From Acidobacteriota bacterium (GTDB lineage: Bacteria; Acidobacteriota; JAQAZP01): 64,000 nt of DNA. The position numbers and the translations under genes were made by a program. Where the stretch lies: the NCBI GenBank assembly GCA_032127265.1, contig JAQAZP010000027.1, positions 47 through 64,046 on the forward strand, in the 5' to 3' direction. This document shows, piece by piece, positions 55,935 to 63,778 of this stretch (positions are counted from its first letter, which is position 1; every line of letters starts with the position of its first letter). The notes under the pieces are model-generated. The model was not told where the DNA came from. It saw only the letters and a list, made by a program, of their open reading frames with translations, and did no database searches.

Positions 55935-56336
55935 CTGTCACCTCGGAGACCGGTTGGAAAAGAGTATACGCCCGGCCGGCATTGTCGTCGAGGGAAAGCG
56001 CGATTGCGACAATAACGGTAGGCAATATAGCATTCGGATTCGCCCCTGTGCAACAGTGCCGGTCAAGATGATCAAGGCGTCCTCTCTTTCATCGCTGGTT
56101 CAGCCAGTCCGGCCCCCCCCCCCGGAGCCTCGTCCATTGCCCGGTGTGCCCATGGGGTCGCCAGATCTTGTGAAAACAGATTTCCTGCTGTATAAACGGA
56201 TCGAGCAGAGTCCGGCCCGTCCACCTCGGGATGAGCGGACGTGAAGGCATCGATCTCCAGAATCGACCATCGCGCCAGTGACGGAAATCCTGCTCAAAAG
56301 CTGCTCGCCGGCCAATCCAATCCAACGGAGGGACAG

Positions 56337-56534
56337 ATGAAGAAAAACATGGGAACCGCGGACCGCGTGATCAGGACGCTCATCGCCATCGGCATCGGGG
56401 TGCTCTACTTCACCGGTCACATCAGCGGCACGCTTGCCGCCGTTCTCGGCGTTGTCGCGGTCGCTTTCCTGGTCACCAGCTTCATCGGCAGCTGCCCGGC
56501 TTACGGGCCGCTGAAGATATCGACTCGCAAGTAG
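56337..56534 (+). CDS. DUF2892 (YgaP-like) small inner-membrane protein
   Basis: MKKNMGTADRVIRTLIAIGIGVLYF...SFIGSCPAYGPLKIS is the typical DUF2892 pattern. Confidence 0.6.
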   Translation: MKKNMGTADRVIRTLIAIGIGVLYFTGHISGTLAAVLGVVAVAFLVTSFIGSCPAYGPLKISTRK

Positions 56535-56661
56535 CCTCGCGGTTCGCGGGCAGAGCGGCCGCACTCTGGAAGGCACCCGACCGGTCCGGTCGGCCTGGCA
56601 GTTCACCTGATATTCGCGCGTCAACCGAGGCGCGCAACGGAGAAAGAAGGAGAAATTCACG

Positions 56662-56850
56662 ATGGCCAAGTGTCCGCACTGTGAAAAGCAGGTGACCCTT
56701 GATTCAACGAAGCGGGATGAGGGTGCATTGGAAGTCCACAAGGACGTCGAAGGGCTGGTGAAGAAGGAGGTCATGTACTCCTGCCCGCACTGCGACCGGG
56801 TGCTCGGCTTCGCCTTCTTCTTTGGCGGCCTCGCCACCGGCAGGCCGTGA
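56662..56850 (+). CDS. Small zinc-ribbon protein (CxxC...CxxC)
   Basis: AAGGAG RBS 9 nt upstream. CPHC...CPHC pairs. 62 aa. Confidence 0.45.
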   Translation: MAKCPHCEKQVTLDSTKRDEGALEVHKDVEGLVKKEVMYSCPHCDRVLGFAFFFGGLATGRP

Positions 56851-57117
56851 ACGCGTTCGACCGACAATAGTGATCACACGGGTGAGTGTTCATGCTGATC
56901 CCGATTGCTGCAGCATTTCTGTTGCTGAGACACCGACCCGGCACAATATTCCCAATAATGGAGGCTGCGCCCGGCAGCAGGCTGGCCGCGGGCATCCCGT
57001 TGCGTTAATTCCTACTGTAATGGTATGCTCCCCGCGGATCGTATGCTATTCGTGCGGCTCACGCCTGTGATATGCTGATTTTTTTCGATATTTACAGTGA
57101 ATTGACCCTGCGATACG

Positions 57118-57540
57118 GTGAGTTCCTTGTTTAAAAGACTGCTTGCCATCATCTCCTTCTGGCGCTGGATCATGTCTCGGGAGATATTGCCGGAAGCACC
57201 GGCTGGCAGTGCTGCAGGCCCACGGTCAGAATCCGGTTTCCCGATCCGCACTCTGCTCGAGCGGGACACGCTGCCATCGCTGAAGCCATATCCGATACAA
57301 GCCGGCGGATCCTCGTTGCGCGCACTTCTGGCCAGCGAGACCCTGCCAATGCCGGTGGGCGACGGGCCGCCGGCCGGCGGATTCTCGCTGCGCTCGCTTC
57401 TGGCCCGTGAGACCCTGCCGCCGCCTTCGGAAGATCCCGGGCGCCGTGGCAGTCTTCTGAGATTCCTCATCGCCCGGGAGGCCCTGCCCCGCCTGACATC
57501 TGACGCCGGCTGCGAGCCGATCATCGAACACAGGGAGTAG
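57118..57540 (+). CDS. Small repeat protein with 4-5 degenerate copies of an L-(L/I)-A-R-E-T-L-P motif at about 22-24-residue spacing
   Basis: GTG start. Repeats RTLLERDTLPS, LRALLASETLPMP, LRSLLARETLPPP, LRFLIAREALPRL encoded by an imperfect 66-73-nt DNA periodicity. GC3-rich codons support coding. Confidence 0.4.
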   Translation: MSSLFKRLLAIISFWRWIMSREILPEAPAGSAAGPRSESGFPIRTLLERDTLPSLKPYPIQAGGSSLRALLASETLPMPVGDGPPAGGFSLRSLLARETLPPPSEDPGRRGSLLRFLIAREALPRLTSDAGCEPIIEHRE

Positions 57541-57545
57541 AGCGA

Positions 57546-58022
57546 ATGGAGAACACCAAACACATTTGGCGCGCCGTGATCCTGCTGCTCGTCCTGCTGG
57601 TGGCAATGGTGCTCGGGCGGCAGGCCCTGATCCCGGAGTCCTTCGGCGAGATGGGTTTCTACCGGGCGGACGCGCTGGACGAATTCATGGCCAAGGAGAT
57701 GGAATACGGCCCTCCCGGTTCCTGCACCGAGTGCCACGACGACGTGGCCGAAGCCAAGGCCGCCGGCGGCCACGCCGGGGTGCAGTGCGAGGTCTGTCAT
57801 GCGCCGCTGTCGACCCACGTGCGTGACGGGGACATCGTGGCCGAGATGGCGATCAACCGCACCTGGCACCTCTGTGCGTACTGTCACCAGCAGTTGACCG
57901 CACGCCCGGCGGGGATGACCCAGATCGACCTGCACGAACACCTGGAGCTCGGATCCGGCGAGGCCATCCCCGAGGATGCCTGTTTCGACTGCCACGATGC
58001 CGAGGGCATCCACAGCCCCTGA
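57546..58022 (+). CDS. NapC/NrfH-family membrane-anchored tetrahaem cytochrome c
   Basis: N-terminal TM helix plus CTECH, CEVCH, CAYCH, CFDCH. About 158 aa. Confidence 0.7.
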   Translation: MENTKHIWRAVILLLVLLVAMVLGRQALIPESFGEMGFYRADALDEFMAKEMEYGPPGSCTECHDDVAEAKAAGGHAGVQCEVCHAPLSTHVRDGDIVAEMAINRTWHLCAYCHQQLTARPAGMTQIDLHEHLELGSGEAIPEDACFDCHDAEGIHSP

Positions 58023-58036
58023 AGCGAGGTCAGCCC

Positions 58037-58837
58037 ATGGACGATTGCAAGAACAACGAGGGGTACACGCGGCGGAACTTCCTCCTCGCCGGCGCCCGCG
58101 GCGCCGCCGGCATGGCGCTGGTCCTGTTCGGCGGGGGCGTGGCCCTGGTCTCGGCGAACACCGTGTCGGCCGGCGGCTCCGGCCCCCGGGGCGAGTATGG
58201 CTATGACCCCACCAAACACCGCTGGATCTACCTCGTCGATATCTCGAAGTGCATCGGTTGCGGCTCCTGCGTGCGGGCCTGCGAACTGGAGAACCAGGTG
58301 CCGGCCAACTTCTTCCGCACCTGGGTCGAGCGCTACCACGTCTCCCGCACGGGCCAGGTCTGGATCGATTCGCCCAACGGGGCCCGCGACGGCTTTGACC
58401 CGGCGGTGCTCGGCGCCGATGTCGCCAAGTCCTTCTTCGTGCCCAAGCTTTGCAACCACTGTACCAATACACCCTGCGTGCAGCTCTGTCCGGTTGGCGC
58501 CTCGTTCATCAGCCCGGACGGCGTGGTGCTGGTGGACGAGCAGAGGTGCATCGGCTGCAGCTACTGCGTGCAGGCCTGTCCTTACGGCTCGCGCTTCATC
58601 CATCCGGAAACCCACACCGCGTCCAAGTGCACGCTCTGCTACCACCGGATCACCCGCGGGCACCGGACCGCCTGTGTGCAGAACTGTCCCACCGGAGCCC
58701 GCAGGCTGGGGGACGCCAAGGTTCTCGGCGACGAGGTGGCCAACATCATCGCCACCAGCGAGGTCCATCTGCTCAAGCCCGAACTGCACACCGAGCCCAA
58801 CTGCTACTACATCGGGCACAGCCAGGAGGTGCGCTGA
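58037..58837 (+). CDS. Tat-exported 4x[4Fe-4S] ferredoxin subunit (PsrB/NrfC/HybA-like)
   Basis: Twin-arginine signal TRRNFLLAGARGAAGMALVLF. Four Cys clusters (CIGCGSCVRAC, CNHCTNTPCVQLCP, CIGCSYCVQACP, CTLC...CVQNCP). Confidence 0.8.
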   Translation: MDDCKNNEGYTRRNFLLAGARGAAGMALVLFGGGVALVSANTVSAGGSGPRGEYGYDPTKHRWIYLVDISKCIGCGSCVRACELENQVPANFFRTWVERYHVSRTGQVWIDSPNGARDGFDPAVLGADVAKSFFVPKLCNHCTNTPCVQLCPVGASFISPDGVVLVDEQRCIGCSYCVQACPYGSRFIHPETHTASKCTLCYHRITRGHRTACVQNCPTGARRLGDAKVLGDEVANIIATSEVHLLKPELHTEPNCYYIGHSQEVR

Positions 58838-60021
58838 TGCATGAACAGGCGATGAACTACCTCTTCCCCAATGATCTGCACATCATGTGGAGCCTGATGA
58901 TCGCCCTCTATCCGTACATCACCGGTCTGGTGGCCGGGGCGTTCATCGTCTCCTCGCTCTACCACGTCTTCGGCCGCGAGGAGCTGAAGCCGGTCGCGCG
59001 GCTGGCGATGGTGGCCTCGCTGGCCTTCCTCAGCGTGGCGACCCTGCCCCTGCTGCTGCACCTGGGCCACCCCGAACGGTCGCTGAACATCATGGTCACG
59101 CCGCACTTCACGTCGGCCATGTCGGCGTTCGGCATGATCTACGGCCTGTACTTCATCCTGGTGCTGTTCGAGATCTGGTTGATCTACCGCGTGGAGATCA
59201 TCGAGACCGCGGCCCGCAGCCGCGGCATCAAGAGGTGGATCTTCGCCGCGCTGGCGCTGGGAGTCTACGATACATCGGAGGGGTCGCGGAGGGTCGACCA
59301 CCAGCTGGTCGTGGGGCTGGCGGCCGTCGGCATCCCCATGGCCTGCATCCTGCACGGCTACGTCGGTTTCATGTTCGGTTCGGTCAAGGCCAACGCCTTC
59401 TGGTCCACGCCCCTGATGCCGATCATCTTCCTCTTCTCGGCGGTGACCTCGGGCATCGCCATGATCATCGTGCTCTACGAGATCGCGAGCAAGGTCAACG
59501 GCCGGAAGATCGAGGGCGGGTGCGTTCAGTCCCTGGCCCAGTGGCTGTGGCTCTTCGCCACCATCACCGTGACCCTCGAACTGCTGGAGATCATCATGCT
59601 GGCCTACGAGCGGAACGAGGAGTGGCTGGTGGTGGAACCCCTGATCACGGACAAGATCGCCTTCTCCTTCATCGGCGTCCAGATGATCTTCGGTTCGCTG
59701 GTCCCCTTCATCCTCCTGGCCATCGTCGTGCTGATGCAGCGCTACCTCACCGACACCTTGCGCAACGTCATCTCCTTCATCGCGGCGATGATTTTGCTGA
59801 TCCAGGTCTTTGCCATGCGCTGGAACGTGGTGATCGGCGGCCAGATCTTTTCCAAGAGCGGGGTGGGTTTCCGTGAGAGCTACGTGCCCGATCTCGGGGG
59901 CCTTGAGGGTATCGGCATGGCGCTGCTGATCATGGTGGCGCCCTTCGTGATCATGGCCGTCTTCAACCGCTACCTGCCGCTCTCACCCCCGGCCGGCGAA
60001 GAGGGGCGTAGCGAGACCTGA
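58837..60021 (+). CDS. NrfD/PsrC-family quinone-interacting membrane subunit
   Basis: Start MHEQAMNYLF overlapping the upstream TGA by 1 nt (TGATG). About 10 TM helices. NrfD-like. Confidence 0.75.
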   Translation: MHEQAMNYLFPNDLHIMWSLMIALYPYITGLVAGAFIVSSLYHVFGREELKPVARLAMVASLAFLSVATLPLLLHLGHPERSLNIMVTPHFTSAMSAFGMIYGLYFILVLFEIWLIYRVEIIETAARSRGIKRWIFAALALGVYDTSEGSRRVDHQLVVGLAAVGIPMACILHGYVGFMFGSVKANAFWSTPLMPIIFLFSAVTSGIAMIIVLYEIASKVNGRKIEGGCVQSLAQWLWLFATITVTLELLEIIMLAYERNEEWLVVEPLITDKIAFSFIGVQMIFGSLVPFILLAIVVLMQRYLTDTLRNVISFIAAMILLIQVFAMRWNVVIGGQIFSKSGVGFRESYVPDLGGLEGIGMALLIMVAPFVIMAVFNRYLPLSPPAGEEGRSET

Positions 60022-60022
60022 T

Positions 60023-60060
60023 CCCCGCCCCGGAACACCGGGCGGGGACAACTGGTTTTC
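60023..60060 (+). terminator. Candidate intrinsic terminator between convergent genes
   Basis: CCCCGCCCCGG-AACA-CCGGGCGGGG GC-rich hairpin (one-nt bulge) followed by a T-run (gttttc) downstream on the plus strand. Confidence 0.4.
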
Positions 60061-60095
60061 GCGCTACGGCTCTACCGCTGCGGCTCGACAATGAA

Positions 60096-61913
60096 TCAGA
60101 CGAACTCGTGGCAGTCGCTGCAGGCATCGGGTGCGTAGTGTTCGTCCTCGAAGTCCCCCGGAACGTGGCACTCGCTGCAGGTTTCGCGCCCCTCCACCGT
60201 CCAGTGATGGGGCCGGTGGCAGTCGGTGCAGGCCGTATCGGGGTGGCCGCCCGAGTTGTGGTCGCCGCCCAGGCCGGCGTGGCAGGAAGAGCACTCCTCC
60301 ATCGGTTCCAGCGATCCCGGCACCAGGTGGCAGTCGGTGCAGTCCATCTCCCACATCGGCGTGTCGGCTTCGCTCTCGTGGCAGCTGGAGCATGACGACG
60401 AGGGGCGGATCCCCGGACTGTGGCAGGCGGTGCAGAGCAGTTCGGCGTGCCGGCCGGTGAGCAGCATGGGGTGCCAGTTGTCGGAGGAGGAGGGCGCCAC
60501 GGCCCCCAGCGGCTTCAAGGCGCTGCGGGTCGGCATGGTGTGGCAGATGGTGCACTCGTGGCTGAGGATCTTGCCGTCGGCGGTGGCGTGCCTCCCGTCA
60601 TGGCAGCGGAAACAGCCGGGCCAGTTGCGGTGGCCGATATTTTCGGGGTAGGTGGTCCAGTCGACATTCATCTCCGGGAAGGCGGTCCATTCGTAAATCG
60701 ACAGCGCCATCTCCGCCGCCTGGTTGATGTCCATCGCCCGCTCGCGGTAGAGGTCCGGGTATCTGGTGTTGTAGAAGTTGAAGATAGCGTTCTTGATACC
60801 GGCCCGGGCCTTTTCCCGGGTGGGGTATGGCGCCTCCAGGGCCTCGGTGGCCACTTTCTTGACCCAGGGCAGATCCCGCGGAATGTGTTCGTTATACAGG
60901 GCCACGTCCACCGACCGGTCGGGCGGGGGGAAGCGGTGCGACGGGCGGTTGTGGCAGTCGATACAGTCCATATCCCGGCGCGGCAGTGCGTCCAGTTCTT
61001 CCGGCGACAGATCGGTGTCCAGCGACGTGTATTCGCGGACCTCGCCGTGCCGCCCCTCCACCTGGAACCAGGGGATGGCCTGCTGCTGCGGATCGGTCGG
61101 GGCATAGGTGATGGTGTTGTCGACGATCATGTGCCAGTGGATGCCGGAACTCTGCCCGAGGTCCGTCGAGCCGCCGCCGGTCTTCATGATCAGGCTGATC
61201 TGGTCATTGGTGTTTTCTTCGTCGTAGCGGAAATAGGGGATCTGCAGCAACTGGGCCCCGTAGAATTTCTCCGGCCAGTGGCACTCCTCGCAGGTTTCCC
61301 GGGCCGGGCGCAGGTGCTTGATCGGCGTGGGTATCGGCGTGGTGTAGTTGGCCAGGATCGTCTTGGACACCATCCCCGCCCCGGACATCTTCGATTTGAC
61401 GTAAAACGACGTGCCGGGACCCACGTGGCAATCGACGCAGCGCACCCGGGCGTGCGGTGAGTGCTGGTAGGCGGTGAATTCAGGCTCCATCACCACGTGA
61501 CAGAGCTTGCCGCAGAAGCCGTTCGATTCGGTGAAGAGAAAACCGTTGTAGCCCACAACGGCCAGCAGAACCATGGTGAAGAAAATGATGACCGAGATAA
61601 CGGAAAATTTGCGCCGCTGTCTCCGGTCGTTGAGATCCAGCGTGGGGTAGGGCAGTGCGTCGGTGGTGCCGGTGCGCTTGCGCCGCCGGCTCTCCCGCCG
61701 CATGCCGATGAGAATGATCAGCACCCCGAAGAGGATCACCGCGGGAAAGACCATGTAGCTGAAAATGCCGAGATAGGGGCTGGACGTGACGCCGCTGATC
61801 ACCATGATGGTGGAGAAAAGGGTGAGCAGGGCCCCGATGAAGGTGATGATGATTCCGAAGTAACTCAGCGAATTTCGGTGAAGACCGGTCCCTTTTTTTC
61901 GCGAGTTGGTCAT
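60096..61913 (-). CDS. Membrane-anchored multihaem cytochrome c (12 CxxCH plus 1 CxxxCH)
   Basis: Two N-terminal TM helices. Motifs CGKLCH (CX3CH), CVDCH, CEECH, CIDCH, CFRCH, CTICH, CTACH, CSSCH, CTDCH, CSSCH, CTDCH, CSECH, CSDCH. Confidence 0.75.
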   Translation of the reverse strand: MTNSRKKGTGLHRNSLSYFGIIITFIGALLTLFSTIMVISGVTSSPYLGIFSYMVFPAVILFGVLIILIGMRRESRRRKRTGTTDALPYPTLDLNDRRQRRKFSVISVIIFFTMVLLAVVGYNGFLFTESNGFCGKLCHVVMEPEFTAYQHSPHARVRCVDCHVGPGTSFYVKSKMSGAGMVSKTILANYTTPIPTPIKHLRPARETCEECHWPEKFYGAQLLQIPYFRYDEENTNDQISLIMKTGGGSTDLGQSSGIHWHMIVDNTITYAPTDPQQQAIPWFQVEGRHGEVREYTSLDTDLSPEELDALPRRDMDCIDCHNRPSHRFPPPDRSVDVALYNEHIPRDLPWVKKVATEALEAPYPTREKARAGIKNAIFNFYNTRYPDLYRERAMDINQAAEMALSIYEWTAFPEMNVDWTTYPENIGHRNWPGCFRCHDGRHATADGKILSHECTICHTMPTRSALKPLGAVAPSSSDNWHPMLLTGRHAELLCTACHSPGIRPSSSCSSCHESEADTPMWEMDCTDCHLVPGSLEPMEECSSCHAGLGGDHNSGGHPDTACTDCHRPHHWTVEGRETCSECHVPGDFEDEHYAPDACSDCHEFV

Positions 61914-62035
61914 GGGTACGAATACTCCCTTTGATCAGTCGAAACGATGAAAACCGCCCACCTTCATTTTATTAGGAAGGTGAGTTAGACTACTGTTATT
62001 ATCTCCTTTTCAGTTTCATTGCAAGGATACTTCAA

Positions 62036-63778
62036 ATGCAGCGAATACTTTTCGTGTCCGACGGGCGAAGCGGGTTGAGTCTTCTGGCCAGGAGTATGGC
62101 CGAGGAATCAACCGGCGGCCGCTACATCATCGATTGCGTGGTGACCGACACCGAAGAAGCTCATCCCGCGGTTCGTGAGGTCCTGGAATACATGAACATG
62201 GAGTCGTTGGCGCCCTGCCGCAAACTGTTCGCGGTCCGGGACCTCTCCGACTCGGACATGGTGATCTCCTTTGACCGCAAGCACGAGGAGATCTGGGGCG
62301 CGCTCCCCGGAACGGCCACTATCCTGCACTGGGATGTACACCTCGACCTCGACTCGCCCGCCTCCCGCGGGGAACGGCTCGAGCAGTATCACGAAATACG
62401 CCGGACCATCCGGCACCACATCACCGAGCTGTTCCGGGAGGAGTGCCTCACCGTGTATATCCGCAGCCAGCAAAAGTGGATGCGCTACTTCGAGTCGATC
62501 GATATCGGGATCGTGGTGCACGACAGGAACCGGATCATCACCTACTTCAACCGCCACGCCGAAGAGGTGCTGAAATATTCACGGGACGAGGTGCTGGGAC
62601 AGGACTGCCACGAGTTGTTTCCCTGGCGGCTCTGCGGCGAAAAGTGTGCCTTTTGCGACCTGAACGAGGAGGTGAAGGATACGCTCTGGTATACCCGGGA
62701 CGTCCAGAGGAAGGACGGGAAACTGCGGCACGTGGAGATCAACCTGCTGCCGCTCAGGGGAGACCAGGGGGAATCCCTGGGGGCGATGGTTTCATTCCGG
62801 GACTTCACCCACCGGATGCACGTGGAGAAGAAGTTCGACGAGATCAAGCACTACATGGGGATTGTCGGCCGGTCCTCCGGGATGATGCAGGTCTTTGATT
62901 CGATCCGCGATGTGGGGCCAACCGATGTCACCACCTTGATCCAGGGCGAAAGCGGCACCGGCAAGGAACTGGTGGCCGAGGCGCTGTACAAGATCAGCGC
63001 CCGGTCCGCCCGGCCGTTCATCGTGGTCAACTGCGGCGCCTTGCCCGAGGGCCTGCTGGAAACCGAGTTGTTCGGTCACGTCAAAGGCGCCTTCACCGGG
63101 GCGATCCGGGACAAGATGGGGCGGTTCGAAATCGCGAACAAGGGCACGATCTTTCTCGACGAGGTGGGGGAACTGAGCCCGGGGATGCAGGTCAAACTGC
63201 TGCGGGTGCTCGAGAACGGCACCTTCGAGAGCGTGGGCAGCGAGAAGTCGGTCCGGGTCGACGTGCGGGTAATCAGCGCCACCAACCGCAATCTCGAGGA
63301 GCAGGTTCGTCTGCGCCGGTTCCGCGAGGATCTGTTCTACCGGCTTTGCGGATTCATCATTCATATTCCGCCGCTTCGCGACCGCCTGGAGGATGTCCCC
63401 CCGCTGGCTGAGCTCTTTCTTCAGGATGCCTCCTCCCGGCTGGGCCAGAAAGCGGTCTACGATCAGGATTTCATCCAGTCCCTCACCCGGTACTCGTGGC
63501 CGGGCAATGTGCGGCAGCTTCAGAACTGTATGCAGCATGCCATCATCAAGGGCCGGGGCCAGCCGTTGAATGTCAGTCACCTGCCACGGGAACTGGTTCC
63601 CCGCCAGGGCCTCGATCCCGCAACCAGGAAGCCGGGACGGCCGAAAAAACTCTCCGAGGGGCTCGTCCGAAACGCCCTGGATGAGTCCAGGGGCAACAAA
63701 GCCCAGGCCGCCCAGATCCTGGGCGTCAGCCGCGCCACCCTGTATCGGCACCTCAAGGAACGCCATGCCCCGGACTAA
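62036..63778 (+). CDS. Sigma-54-dependent transcriptional activator with N-terminal degenerate LMW-PTP/ArsC-like domain, PAS domain, AAA+ domain and Fis-type HTH
   Basis: AAA+ sigma-54 interaction motifs (GESGTGKELVAEALY, GAFTGA, ESELFGH-like ETELFGH, VRVISATN). C-terminal HTH (ILGVSRATLYRHL). The N-terminus reads ILFVSDGRSGLSLLARSMAEE, an LMW-PTP P-loop with Cys/Arg replaced. Confidence 0.8.
   Translation: MQRILFVSDGRSGLSLLARSMAEESTGGRYIIDCVVTDTEEAHPAVREVLEYMNMESLAPCRKLFAVRDLSDSDMVISFDRKHEEIWGALPGTATILHWDVHLDLDSPASRGERLEQYHEIRRTIRHHITELFREECLTVYIRSQQKWMRYFESIDIGIVVHDRNRIITYFNRHAEEVLKYSRDEVLGQDCHELFPWRLCGEKCAFCDLNEEVKDTLWYTRDVQRKDGKLRHVEINLLPLRGDQGESLGAMVSFRDFTHRMHVEKKFDEIKHYMGIVGRSSGMMQVFDSIRDVGPTDVTTLIQGESGTGKELVAEALYKISARSARPFIVVNCGALPEGLLETELFGHVKGAFTGAIRDKMGRFEIANKGTIFLDEVGELSPGMQVKLLRVLENGTFESVGSEKSVRVDVRVISATNRNLEEQVRLRRFREDLFYRLCGFIIHIPPLRDRLEDVPPLAELFLQDASSRLGQKAVYDQDFIQSLTRYSWPGNVRQLQNCMQHAIIKGRGQPLNVSHLPRELVPRQGLDPATRKPGRPKKLSEGLVRNALDESRGNKAQAAQILGVSRATLYRHLKERHAPD

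Noticed and set aside
56100-56867. 255-aa minus-strand ORF over the DUF2892 and zinc-ribbon genes
   Set aside because: Spans an intergenic region with a C11 tract and overlaps two small plus-strand genes with RBSs. Composition is non-protein-like.
57235-57490. The 66-73-nt tandem repeats as a CRISPR array
   Set aside because: Repeats are imperfect with no unique spacers between conserved units. The periodicity is in-frame coding with GC3 bias. No cas genes are nearby.
57012-58472. 486-aa minus-strand ORF
   Set aside because: It overlaps the NapC/NrfH-like and 4Fe-4S ferredoxin genes, which have strong motif support. Its translation is Arg/Pro/Gly-rich shadow sequence.
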